A DNA stretch of 64,000 bases from Phoronis australis (GCA_002633005.1 NMRA01000523.1:187790-251789); one strand, 5' to 3'; counted from the stretch's first letter, positions 39,009-52,344 are shown. The notes: generated from the letters alone by a model not told the origin. Translations and numbers: made by a program.

Positions 39009-39899
39009 TTACCAAATAAGCTTGAAAAATAAAGTGGCTACATAAAAGCGATAAAATATAGCCATTGGATAAATAACGAGGTGAATGTTGACCCAACTTT
39101 TCCCGAAGACAGTTAGCTGAATGGGAAACAACGCCCCCGACTCATACTCACAAAAACTGTCCAGACCCCATTTGATGAAGTTGAATATTGATAAAAACGC
39201 AGTGCAATTATATAACTGGCGACGCTCATTTTCCGAAAGGTTCTCTCGAAAATTTCGCCCATATGCCTTCATGACAAACCAGTTTTGAAAGAAAACTTGG
39301 AGCATGTTGAAAATACACATGATAACCAGATACCAACACAAAAATTCCTTTCCTTCAAACGTTTTTTCTTTTACTATTTCACTTTCGTTCAATATCATCG
39401 TGAAGGCTGGGATGATGCCAAAAATATGCACTAACCACGTTCCGCCTGCGGAAAGATTCAATGAAAAATCTTCCACAGAAAAATTTGCCTCGTTTCTCTT
39501 GCAGAAAGTTGTTCCCCAATAGCCCAAAACGCTTGTGGTGATAAAGAAAAATAGTTGGCAAGAATAGTCTAAATACAATGCTATTACATATATGTTTTTG
39601 TTGAGAGCAAAATGTTTCGTTTCGGCAAGTGTAATGGTGTCTTGGTTATGTACCACGACAACTGCAATAATTTCGACTGTAACGTGAATTATAAGAAGGA
39701 CAGTTAGAACAACAAACCAGGAAGTGAAATTGTTAGACTGGTTCTGTTCATGTCCTGGAAGTGCAGTTTGGACGCTTGCGTGAGACATGCAGCGTAGCCT
39801 TTGGGTTCTTTGACCGTCATTTCGCGACGATGCCTGCGTTTCTGCATCCGCATTTCGGAGAAGTGGTGTAGATTCAGTACTCTCGTTTGAATGGCACGT
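39009..39899 (-). CDS. OTOP: Otopetrin family proton channel, exon 2 (linker + C-domain)
   Basis: ttacag|ACG TGC CAT... is in frame with the 259-aa ORF. Multiple TM helices, LQVFFQNWF, FNFIKW, and terminal YPMAIFYRFY (otopetrin PxxIFYRxH). The symbol is family-level only. Confidence 0.9.
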   Translation of the reverse strand, partial: TCHSNESTESTPLLRNADAETQASSRNDGQRTQRLRCMSHASVQTALPGHEQNQSNNFTSWFVVLTVLLIIHVTVEIIAVVVVHNQDTITLAETKHFALNKNIYVIALYLDYSCQLFFFITTSVLGYWGTTFCKRNEANFSVEDFSLNLSAGGTWLVHIFGIIPAFTMILNESEIVKEKTFEGKEFLCWYLVIMCIFNMLQVFFQNWFVMKAYGRNFRENLSENERRQLYNCTAFLSIFNFIKWGLDSFCEYESGALFPIQLTVFGKSWVNIHLVIYPMAIFYRFYVATLFFKLIW

Positions 39900-40201
39900 C
39901 TGTAATATTTAAAATAACGTGTATGTAGCAGCAATATCATAAAGCAGTTAGATATTTTCTTCGGTTTTTACTTTAATCATATTATGTTTAAATTGAGTCT
40001 AGAAGAACATGATACAGTATTAGGCTATGGCGTGAAGGATGGTGTTAAAAATACACAAACACTCGCACACGCGCTGTTGTTAGGAGGGTGGGGTACAACG
40101 CATACAGGAAACTCAATAAAGTCCATTTGAGGAATGTTCATATTTACGTAAATACTTACATCAACTCTTGCATGCAAAAAACATACATGTAAATATTCAT
40201 A

Positions 40202-41627
40202 CAGTACAGCCACTGAATTATTAGACTCTCTCCGGTGTCTCTCCGGTCTAGCCACCCGTGACCGTAACCGGAGACAGACCGGAGAGTGAGGCGTGAATCA
40301 ACCGTGACAGCTGGCGTGAGCCTAAGCGTGACTGTACCCGGAGCTTACCGTGAGTTAGGCGTGAGTTTACCAGCATCGCAGATGATAAAGTAATTTATTA
40401 AAATTACATCAGTAACTAGCAGTGATGTGTGTATTCTCATAGACTTTTGATCATGTGAGGTTTAACTTTTTTTTGAAATCGTCACGTTCAGTAAAAGACC
40501 AAAATTTCCGTCTCAAATCTTAAGTCACTTCAGAAAACAGACCTGTGGACTTTACTTTTCACTTATATATAATTAGTTGTTTTTATATAAACTAATAAAG
40601 AATCTTAACACGCGTGTACACGGCGGAATTATTCAAATGCCTTCACGATATGGAGGAGCATACAGTGTAGCATGTCAATTCTGAGCACATTGATCCCAAG
40701 ATCCGGCATCATGCGGAGAAAACTGATCACGCCCATGCATTTGATGACCACTATTATTATTTTAGTGAAGAAGTACCCTGGGGATACTGTGTACTCAGTC
40801 GATACGCATGTACCACGGGGAGGGGGCTACAAATAATTGAACTGCACTACGGATTCAGGACTTTTAAGTCAAAACATTTGCTTGCATTAAGGGATGGGTA
40901 TGTCAGGTGGGCGGCCTATTGAAATTTTCTGTACGCCAGTGCGGTGCAAAAACTTACGGAGTGACCCAATACTTCACAAGATGCGTAGGCTATGTTTAGG
41001 GCAAATTAACTATATCCACCTGAGACAAGTTTCAAGGAGTCCACAGCCATGTAAAGATGACTCTGGGAACAGGGTCGCGTTTATTCGTACTAACTATCCG
41101 TGGTTACTGTACATGTTTGTCGTTGATGGGACTTGCTCTTAAGTCGTAAATTGAACATGTACATGTACATGTAAGTGTAACACAAGACGAGCTGAAGGAA
41201 GACGTTTGTATGAACAACACGTGGAATTACAAAGTTAGTCGGAACCCAAGTGTGATAGATGACCGCTTGAAAAGATACTCTATAATATACTATAATGTCT
41301 TTGCAACTTGACCGAAACGACAGGCAATCAAGACGTTACATGTACAGTATTTTTACTGATTAGCCCGGTGCCCTACCATGGTTACCACAGCTACCGAAGG
41401 CGTGAAGAAAGCGTAAGGTAAGCGTGACGGAGGCGCGAAAAAAGCGTGAACGAGGCGTGAGGAAGGCGTTAACTAAACCGGAGGTACATGTAAGCGTGAG
41501 GACTACCCGGAGAGTATGCGTGAGGCGACCGTGGCTGATTTCCGTCACGCCTGTGTTCCGGTTGCGCTCTGGTCTGGCCAGGCGTGAGGTAGCCCGGACG
41601 AAGTCTAAAAATTCAGTGGCTGTACTG
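40202..41627. mobile_element. Non-autonomous Tc1/mariner-type element in the otopetrin intron
   Basis: TA|CAGTACAGCCACTGAATT(A/T)TTAGACT ... AGTCTAAAAATTCAGTGGCTGTACTG|TA (26-bp TIR, TA TSD). Subterminal GCGTGA arrays. Confidence 0.85.
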
Positions 41628-43641
41628 TACGTACATTTTACATTCATACATACAAGCATACATATACTTGTACATGCAATTGCATACATGTTTAAAAGTC
41701 GCTTTTCTCCGTGTAAAACAGCTTTCTCAGCGGAGAACTGTGATTTTTTTCGTAAAGAATTCGTAAAAATTCAGTGTCATCTTTGGGTCATACTAATGGA
41801 AAGTTTATTACTATGAACAACTGTAAAATAACTTGGCGTCAGCGACATGGCTTGAAATGATCTTCCAGGCACTCCACTATGATCACATTTCCTTAAGTGT
41901 TAAAAAATAAAAAATATCCCTATTAGCAAACCTTCAGTTTTGCACTTAATGGGAAAATTAAGGGCTATTAGTGAGTTGTGATCTTTAAAGGGAAATTCAT
42001 AATTGGCCTAAGCTAACTAGATAAAACCCTGAATGCGGCGAGTGGTACCTACCAAAGAATGCATGGCAGGGTTGAGTTCTGTAGACCGCAAGACATTATC
42101 TTGCACTCTCGGGGAAATATCTTCACTGATGAAACGGAAACACCGAGTCCAATCCCACAATTCAACGCTCAAAACTTTTCGACCGATGACTAAATAGGCC
42201 ACCATTTTACTAGGAGAAGCACTGTGAAGTAAGCTCCCGACCCTACGCGACACACTCTCTTTTCACTCGTTTGATTTTGCGAAGTCTTGTGAGCTATTGC
42301 TTTTCTATTGAGAATCTAGATCTACTGAACGTTCTCTCGTGTGCATAAACGAGGGCTGCCAAACAATTCGGGTGTAAGTAAGAATGTAGAGTTAGGCCTA
42401 TATCGTGAACAGGTCTGTGATGAGCGGACAAAACCTGAGGCACGTTAACAGTAACAAGTCGAAAGATTCGCTTTTTTGTGAAAAAGAAATTGATTTAAAT
42501 ATGTAAATCTTGAACCCGCATGGACATACAGACCGCAAACATTGCACACTTACATGTATGTTCATTAGGTCTCGTGGTGTGGCCAACAGGTGGTGTGCAG
42601 ACCAGAATTAAAAATGTTTGTGAACAAAATTGTTTGTATTGAATGTAAAGTGTAAAAATGGCATATTGAAAATCCAAAAGTACCCATACTTTGAGAAAAA
42701 CAAGGACAATCATGGACAGAGAGAAATGCCTCTTTATTACCACAAGAGCATGCGCCGATGGGAACTCAGACGAGTTTTTAACAATGAGTGTACGTTATTA
42801 AATGTTTAAAGGAACATTTAAGAGACGTTCTCTGCAAAAATTGTCAGAGATCATCCTCAGCATAATATGGAAACTGGAACTGCCGTGGCCGTAAGTCTAA
42901 CGCATTGCTGGCGGAGCTGAATCTGAAGACCGAAGAAAGGACTTAGTGTTCACGAAAAGGTCTTTTCCTCCTCGGTCTTAGCTTAGGCAACTGTTTATCC
43001 TAAGTCTAGGGCACTGACGTTTCCTGCAACTGGCGCCTGGATAATTAATTCGGTATAGGTGGAACATATCAAAAAATCTGTAAAACGGGCGTGCATTCAC
43101 TAACGCTAGGACCTACCTCAAATCTAGCCCAAATCACGTGTTCCCATTTAAAATACACGGCAAACTCTCTCGTAGTCTCGCTGTCTTGCTTTTTAGCATA
43201 GTCTTAGGGTTACTGAACGGTAGACTGCCTTCTATGAAACTAACTTCTGATTTAGACTAATTACCGTTGTGAAATTGATTGTAAACTGTGCTTAGGCACT
43301 TCTGAAGAAATGACAATTGCTTGAGATAACATTCTACAAAATGGGTTTCCACAGCGTGTCAATTTATATGCACCGAGTATGGTCTCCACGAATAACGAAC
43401 TGACATTTTTTTGGAAACTCATAAATCAGTTCTCGTCTTAGTAAGGAATACGTATAGACCAATTTAAGGGCAGAAAGTGATCCTTGTCAAAATTTCTTCT
43501 TAAGCAAAGCGCGAGTTAATATTTTGACAATATGTGTTTGTAGGTGATCTACTCCTACACTATTTCATTACTAATTTTGTTGCCACTTGGTTACCTAAAT
43601 CATATGTGCTGTGTGAATAAGAGTTGCCAAAGGAAACTTAC

Positions 43642-44601
43642 ATCTCGTTTTTCTGATACTCTCGTTTCCAGCGTGGACGCATTGCCGGAGGATACAAAGG
43701 ACGTTTCCATAACGCAGTCGTCATCAAACTGTCTGGTGGGCTCCATTAGTGACTCTACGATATGAAAGAGCAAACCGACAGCGATGAAAGAATACTCCAT
43801 CGTGAACGGATAGAGATAGGAGCCAGCTTCAACAACCATTTTGGAAAGAGATCCGTTCTCGGGGCCACTACAATTTGACACCAAGGAGTGACCTGTCCCT
43901 GCGTCACTTTGTTTGTAATTGCTGGTAATTTGCCGGACCTGTTGCTGAAAGCATGACATCCATACAAGAACGTTCACGCTCATAATCATGTAAACCATGT
44001 ATCTTGTAGACCGCAATTTGTTAAACTTGACGTGGTAAAAGTGCTGCAAGAAGTGTATCTGAGTTGCAAAGAAGCACACTTTTGCCGCGTGGAACAACGT
44101 GAGAGTGATTGAGTAAAACCGACAATACGGAGACCACTTGCCAGCATTTGAACTGGACGACTCAATGACACTAACGAAAGAAAATCCGTCCAATATGATT
44201 CCGCCGGCGCCAAAAATCCACAGACCTCCAAACGACTTGATCGTCTTAAGTTTTGAGTCACTGGTTTGGTTGCTCGTGATCGTTACAAATGTGGGATCTT
44301 TTGATTTCTTGTGAATGGCGTAACACATGAAAGTGATACAAGGTACTAGCAAGGCTGTCAAAAGTATTAAGATGCAAGCAGGGCTTACAGGAAATGATCC
44401 GTCGATTGTTGCTTGTTCGCTAATCATCAGCGCCAGAGCAAAACAAACAAAGCACAGCGGCAAAAGCAAGCTTGTCTCTCTTCCGTCGTGATTCTCGATG
44501 ACAGACTTCAGACGCGAAATACACCCTCCTTCTGATTTATGTTTTGCTTCGAAATCTATGTAGTTCTCGCTTGGGCACACTACTTCCAAACTGTCGGCCA
44601 T
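43642..44601 (-). CDS. OTOP: Otopetrin family proton channel, exon 1 (N-domain)
   Basis: ATG in caaacATGG context; 320 codons to GAT|gtaagt (phase 0). Motifs LWIFGAG..ILD, FFATQIHFL, NVLVW and YLYPFTMEYSFI (otopetrin YLYPFxIEYSL). An upstream coding exon cannot be excluded. Confidence 0.9.
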
Positions 44602-46687
44602 GTTTGAAAATGCTTTTGCACCGCAATGAAGTAATTAATCGGTTGTTAAACGCTGGTTGCACCGTCGCAATTTATAGAGACCATATCGTCGACATTTGTC
44701 CAAAATCATATGATCATACAGTGTATGTAATCTTTGCTCTATGTGTAATCCCAGATTCACAATGAAACAAAGTACACGAGCACTCAAAAATATCGGGTTG
44801 ATAAGCAGTGCAAGGATGTTTTCGAGTAGCAATTTGTTATTCGCAAATTTGTTAGTCAGATACTTAAAGAATGCGATGAGAGCATCTTCATATTTCATGG
44901 ACAGTGTTAATAAAATTCATGACGGCGTTGTTTAAGTTAAAACGTTGGGATGAGTTGTTTTCTGACAACCTTCGTTTACTAGTAGCGAAGTTCGTAAACA
45001 TCTTTTTAAATCCCATAAGATTGGAGCAGTACGTCGGAATACCATGTCCACCAAAGGGAACAATGGCATAAATAAATGTGTGAAAGACGCAAAAAACTAC
45101 ATTCCAGTGCGCATGCTTCGTAAACTTTAGAATGTTTACAGTCCTTGATGGAACCGTTTTGCAAATGACAGCGAGCAAGTAGAAAGAACGACATACCTAG
45201 ATTTGCCATGCGTGAGATGTGTGCAAGCAGGGCATTCAGAATTATAAACAAGTTTATTGAAATCAGATCCCCAAACTATAATTTAAATGAATGAAAAGAA
45301 TTGAGAACGTTCGTGCAACAATTTCGCCATCGGAAATTACGATGATTTCTGAGAAAAATCCCGACTCTTAACAGAACATCATTGCCACGTGACTTATAAT
45401 AGAGAGATTTTTAGGGGTTTCAGATGCAATTTTGAATTTTTCAATGTGCACCATTCGAATTAGAGTGAACTATTATATTTTGGATGTTACTTCCATTGTT
45501 GTGTCATAAAAAGTGATGGTTTAACGCCAAATTCGGTATGTTTTTTCTCTCTGAAAACGAGTTCCGTTGATACAGGGTCGTTAGGTTCTCACGGAAAAAA
45601 CCCAAAGTAAGTTTTGTGAATCAACAGTAGCAGCAATAGCAGTAACAAGTACATGTAATTCAGCTTATCGCCAAAATCATTTCGATGAAATATTTACAAA
45701 TGCAAAAAATTCAGCTATCTCTTTTACAGCGCGATTGAGAACCAATCCCAGAGGTTCTGCTACTGTATGGATAGGTGCATTTGGAGCGCTTAAATGGATG
45801 TGGTTTTCGTCGATTTTCGTATCGATATGGGCCTATATTTCCAATGTCTAGTAGGCCTATTGCAACGAGTCAACAAATTAACGAATATGTTTCGGTGCAG
45901 TACTTTTTCAGCTGGTATTCTGTATAGGTCGCTTTTTCTTTAGTGTTTTGAAATGGACTCTGGTACTTATACAGTAGGTATTGAAATTGCTTCATAGAAA
46001 CACACTTCTACCCATTTTTCAGAAATGTTCTTCCGCGGTTACACATGTCCCCAATGATGCGCATGCGTGAACTAAAACCACTTGAGCTAATCCAAGGAGC
46101 AAGAGCATTAGTGAAGATTACTAGTCTGTTACAAAGTGTTGGCCTGTTTTCAACTTAAGATTGAATCAGTCAAAAAAGTAATTCTGATTTTGGCTACACC
46201 TTGTTATAGAACTTTTTGATCTTGTTCCGTATTCAGATAAGGAGGGATTTCTGAACTTAAAAACACCTAAGTGATAGATAGTTTGATTGAGGCCGGAATC
46301 AACACATATTGCTGAAAAATGACCACAGCAAAATTTTATTTTTCACGGAGAATACAATTCTGGAAGCCAATTTGATAAAAAATCAATCGTATTAGTCTGA
46401 TTAGTTACAACACAAACAATACTGTGCTTGTCGATAGCACACGAAGTTGACGCTCATCTAAACAATAACCTCGTTTCCAAACAGTTGGCCTACTCTCCAC
46501 AAAAAGCTGTCAAGACGTTTCTCACAATATGGTTAAGGTTGAACCTAGGAACAACTTTAAAATTCTTTTGAAACAACACTCGCGATGATTTAAAAATCTT
46601 TGAGGACCATGATGTATTAGTACTTTGTTAAACATGTATTGTGTATATCAAACTCTGTCCTCGTTAAATAAATTCAAAAATATAGGC

Positions 46688-46760
46688 AACAATAACAACA
46701 AAAACAACAACAACAATAATAATGATAATAATAATAATTATAAAGAGTAATAATGATAAT
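46688..46760. repeat. (AAC)n/(AAT)n microsatellite
   Basis: Seen directly in the sequence. Confidence 0.85.
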
Positions 46761-47666
46761 GGTTAGCTACATTCATGCCATGTCACTCCGGAGGGTATTC
46801 CTATAGAAGTGGTTGGTGTACGAAAAGTGCCGCCAAAAGGGTGTTTTTTACAGCAAAATTTTTCTCCAAAATGGTGCCATGTTTTTCAAAATTTTATCTT
46901 CAGCTTCTGGAACAAAACTGCGGATAATTGTCAATTTTTACACAATTACTCTCTAAATGGGTATTTTTTGTCCTATGAGTAGGTATCTAAATTTTCGGAC
47001 GGCATCCCTCCTCCAAAAATATTCGGGCGCCCCCAGCCTTGTCAGGCAATACTTGTTCGTAATTTTGGACATTTACTTTGTAATATGACGTTGTGTTTCG
47101 TAAATTGAAACCATTTCTCGCACGCGCATTCGACGTAAAATGTAACAATTACGTAAAATGTAACAATTTGTTACATTTTAGGAGGGACTTAGGAACGTAA
47201 AATGTAACGATGATGTAAAATGTAACAGTTGCTTCATTTTACGAATGTTTTTCATTTTACCGCGTATCAGCACAGCCTTGTTCTACTGGTTAAATGTAAT
47301 TTCAACCTGGCCGAAATTTATCAGTATTGGTATTGGTACTTGACACAGAGGTAATAGCTGTCAATCATCCTTAAAATAGTCTTAAAAGTTAATCCCACGC
47401 GTGACTTTTTTAATTGTCCTGCGCTAATTCCGGTAAGGTTATTACATTTGAACATGCCTTATCTGCTATAACAGAAGAGTCACGTTATGTTTTTCAGAAA
47501 ACACCATTATATACATGTGTATGCTAACCACGAAAAGTGATACCGAAGCTTGGTTACAGTGAAACATCACATGAGGAGGAGATAAAAGGTTATTGATATA
47601 TTATGACAAACTAAACTATAGAGCGAGACCAAAAAGGGTCACTGACCCGAGAATCAAAACTTTACG

Positions 47667-47855
47667 ATAATGAGATTTATGGCACTCTGACATCCTATTA
47701 TTCAGTTGGGCTAATACCATTATACAGCCCTTCATTCTTCATACCCAACTCCTAGTTAGTTCCTACCAAGTCCGATGGTTGCTCTGTTTGTTCTTTCTGT
47801 CCTGCTTCCTGTTGGCCCAGCCTCAAACAACAGTACATTCACTCGTAAGTTTTCC
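47667..47855 (+). repeat. ~190-bp direct repeat, copy 1 (copy 2 at 52156-52344)
   Basis: Near-identical: atttatggcactctga...taccattatacagcccttca...tttctgtcctgcttcctgttggcccagcctcaa...ctcgtaagttttcc. Confidence 0.9.
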
Positions 47856-50800
47856 TAATTAGACAAGTTTATACCTGGAAGACTCCTTCCCGTTCGTCGT
47901 TAATTGTCATGGACAAACGATACCCCCTTATTTATTACTTGTAGCCACAGATGGCTTTCTAACGGCCGATTTCTTTCGATTCTAATGATCCCTCAAACCC
48001 AAACCAATCCCTCGCCATTTCACCACTTCCCTGGGTATAAGTGGGATATCTTGTGACAATCCCCGCCGTCTGCTTTGGGGATGAGACCCGGCGGCGAGGT
48101 AAAAAGGTTATCAATGGGGCTGGTAGGACAGGGGCTAGTCAACACGTAGGCCCTCGGTTGGCTTGTTAGGTGCTAGAATACATGTACTTCCCATCGTTTT
48201 CTGTACCATTTCGTCTGGCCAAATTCGGCCACTGATTTTGAGTTTCACCTCGTCAAAAAATACATTCCACACTTAAAACTATCACTTAAAAAAGCGCTTC
48301 CTGTCTTCATGGGTCCATTTTACTTCTATACATATCTTCGATGAAGCTTAGTTATGAGAGTTAGGGTGATTTTGCCGAAGAATTTCAACTCCACTTTTTT
48401 GGTTGCAGTTGACTTTTTCACCGCGCGCGCCATAACCCAAATGTCTCCACTGAGTCGCGCGCGTTAGGCACAGGCTAGCGCGAGACAGAGCGAAGCGCGG
48501 TTTGATAGTGCGTGACACTAGCTATTTTAAGCCTTGAACAAGGAGTGAAGCACAGTTGGGGTCTGGGTACCCACTCATGTAGAATGAGCTCGAATGCCAG
48601 CGGTTTGACAAGTGTGTTACCTAGGCTTCAGATGTACTTATAGTTTGGGTACGTGGCGGATAGTGGAATTACATAACACTAGACGTGGTACTTTTCCAAC
48701 AGGACTGGAGATACATGTATTATTGTTGTAAACAGGTGGGATTTACAATAGTTAAGACGTAGATGGGAATCTATCCCATATCGCCGTGGAGCCTGGTGCG
48801 GTAAAGCTCGAAAGCACCGCGTCTAACACATGTAAGTGTCGATCCTGATATACCGCGCAACCATTTTGGTGGGTAAAATAATAATAATAATAAAATTTAG
48901 GACATAAATAAAACAAAACAATAATAATAAAATTTAAAAAACCCTTTGGATGTCACTTTTGACATTTTATTCGACTTTCCGATGAAAGATACGGAAATAC
49001 CGTACCTCACCCTTGGATATGTTGTTTGTTGAGGCCTTTTCAAGTACTTTGTCACTGGCCCTAACCGCTACGAATGTTTATCTACGCTTTTGACAGGCAT
49101 ACTTTCTTCCGAACGAACACTTAAAAATATATATATATATACTTTAATGAAAAAAAAATCAATAAAAAATTTAAAAAAACAACATATAATACAAGTAATA
49201 AACAAACTATAACGTACACTAAATCATTGCTACAAATTAACCAAATAATAATTGAAAAATAAACTAATAAAATAAAAATAACAATAATAACAAAACGTGT
49301 TAAACATTTTAAAACACTCGTGTCAATTGGTATCACATAATACTTCACATTTCGTTCTCTCGGCATAATTTTAACCTATTCCAACCGCGCTTAAGTTACG
49401 GTGCGTCAACTTTTGATTTCGTCTAGCCCCGTGGTCGGGTATTTCCCACCAGGACGATTTTAGAATAGTCGGCTACTGTAGTGGCAGATAGGCGGACGTT
49501 ATGATCGATGAGATCACGTCTCACATGCTTGCTAAGTTGTCCACTGCCCAGGCGCGTATAGCTTAGTCGTACGAAATCTACGCTCGGCGAGTGCCTCCAC
49601 AGCGAGGGCATGACCGGCGTAAGATGTTGCCTTTAATTTTACTATTTTCGTATATACTAGTTCATTTCGGTGTGATTATGTCTAAGCCAGTCACTCCAAC
49701 AGTTGTCTTTCGCCGGTTAAGTAGGGTCGTTTTCATCTGCAACCCAGGAGCCACTACACCCGGGCTATTAGTAAACAGGATCCATGTAACTGCGCCAAGT
49801 TTTTGAAAGCGCGTCACTGTAACACTAGTGGGTTACATCTGCCCGTTTAGGCGTATAAATCATATCAGATTACCAGTAATGTTTGCGTTATTTTAACACA
49901 AGATTTTAATTTAAGATTTCAAAATCTTGTAACCTTTCATTTTGTTAACCTATATTCCACGCAAATGTGCCTAACCTACTTCATAAAATTTCGTCACCAA
50001 AGCACACAGGGATCACACTAGGTCAAACTCAGTTGCAGTGCTCATTGACCCAGATTTCATGGTAATGGGCCAGCCTGTGGTTGCACTCTTATGTAATTAC
50101 TTGTTGCATAGTGCTGATGACCTCGTGCCAGCAATGAAACTTTTTAGACTAAACGTTCATGATACCAGAACCCTAGGCTTAATTGCATTTACTGACTAGT
50201 TGTGATATTCGTTGAACACATTGATAGGGTGCTATGCATTTTTACTGCCAATCATATTTTGTAGACCAAGTTGCTTCCTGATTTGTGTACTTGCTGTTGT
50301 CTATTTTATACGACTTGGGGTATCATTATTCCTGAGAGCCCGTTGCTCTCTACTCTCTCGTATAGTTGTGTTCTGTAGGATTTTTATAGATATTTTAGTT
50401 TTCTTAGACATATAGTAGACGTGCAAGTTCCCGTATGAAGGTCTGTCTGTGGCAGATACATGTAGCTTGATACATGGTTTTAATTAATGATTTTTATCAA
50501 GCTGTCGGTTTTCATCTTAAAAGCATCAGCAAATACATTAGATAGGACTTTTCGAATAATGATTTTAGATCTGTTCATGATCTTTATATGAAATGAAATC
50601 TCCAATGCTGATGGTGCTTTACCTTTGCTGCACCATTACTTCTTTCCTAACTTATATAAAAAAATAAAAACTATTAAAAAATAAATAACCAATATAAAAA
50701 CTAAATAAAAATATTTAAAAAATAAATATTTCAAATATAAATAAAAATATTTTAAAGAATTACATGAAATATTAAAAAAACTAAATAAAAATGTTAAAAA

Positions 50801-52155
50801 ATAAATAAGAATGTTTTATAAAAAATCTACAATCTTTCTGTTCTCAGAAAACATGTCCATTTTCTCAGTACAATTTTGCAGGGAGTTTCCCTAACAGCAC
50901 ATGCTTCCGTGTGAGGTTACTCCCCAGCCATTGTCACAACGCTTACCTCTTCTGGTACGCAAGTTAATTGTTCCACCGCAAACCAACACCTTCGCACATA
51001 GGAACCTGAACGTCAGTTCTCTTCGGCTGCGCTACCCTAGCTCATACATGTACATGATGCATTCGATTCGTAATAATTGGGGGGGGCACTAAACTTGGGG
51101 TACTAAAGTGTGCCCTAAACCGGCTGAATTTCGCCAGGATTTTCCGCGATATGAGTGAGGGTTAGTTGGCCTTTGAGGGTGGCTTGGACCGGCGAAAGCC
51201 CGGCCGGGAGCGTTGGGTGGCCCTGTACCATGCGATGCTCGGATGGGAACCACCGCAGGTCCTCCAGGTAGGTTAGTGCTTGCACCGTTATGTGGTGCAA
51301 TTTCCCTTGTAGTTAAGGCATACCAGTGTCTGCTAGGTGAGTGTGGTATGGGGTCAGTAGAGGTGCCTGCAATGTACAGCAACCACAACTCCGGCTCTCT
51401 CGTCGACCAGGGTGTGGCTGGGCTTCGAGCTTTGCAGGAGCGGTACTGTTCACCGTGAGGTATCCAATCTGTCCGTGTACCGTGCCCCAAGTCGAACATC
51501 GTGCCTGCACCCCGGAGGGCGGGGGGTGAACTTTACTGAATATGAAGGCAAATCCGGGACTGGTATCGGTCCCTTTCTCATTGGTTGTGACTACCTTTTT
51601 CTCCCATCCCCTCCCACTCCTCTACCAGGGTCACGGCCCCCGCGTGGGTTGTGGTGGTGGACAGGATTGTTCATCCATGAACAACCCTGCCCATGTGGCA
51701 CATACTGAGCCACAACACCACGTTCCTTACAATATCTCTTTTTATCACTCCGGCTGGTCTGCTCACTCAGCTTGTCCGGAACCTGCTTTGCAGGTTGTTA
51801 TAGCCCAGTTGCCTGTTTGGTGTACCCACTTGGTACTTTATATGATATTTGGCTATTTGGCAGTTTGTACCCACTTGGTACTTGTTATTGAATTTGCCGC
51901 TTTGCTCGACCCACTTGGTAGGCAATCGGCTAATACCCATTTGGTGTTATGTACCCATTTGGTACTATGCTAACCTGTGCCACTTAGTATCCGATACTCA
52001 ATTACACTTTGGGTATCGGAAATGTGTGTGTTATCTCTTGTAATTAAGGAATCCATCTGGTTCCTTCTGTGAAATATTTATTTGTAGAACAGTGACCCTG
52101 AAGTTCCCAACACAAATTAAAATATTTATCATTCTTGTTGTTTTATTTGTCCCCA

Positions 52156-52344
52156 ATAATGAAATTTATGGCACTCTGAGATAAATCCTATTATTTGGGC
52201 AAATACCATTATACAGCCCTTCATGCTTCATAATCAACTCCTAGTTAGTTCGTACAAAGTCCGATGGTTGCGCTGTTTGTTCTTTCTGTCCTGCTTCCTG
52301 TTGGCCCAGCCTCAAGCAACAGTACATTCACTCGTAAGTTTTCC
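52156..52344 (+). repeat. ~190-bp direct repeat, copy 2
   Basis: See 47667-47855. Confidence 0.9.

Noticed and set aside
44635-45251. Short ORFs upstream of otopetrin as extra coding exons
   Set aside because: No recognisable motif and no convincing in-phase splice path to 44601.
48780-48870. Hammerhead-like fold (also ctgatga...gaaa at ~50114)
   Set aside because: The core is CUGAUAU rather than CUGANGA and stem III does not pair. The second site lacks stem II.
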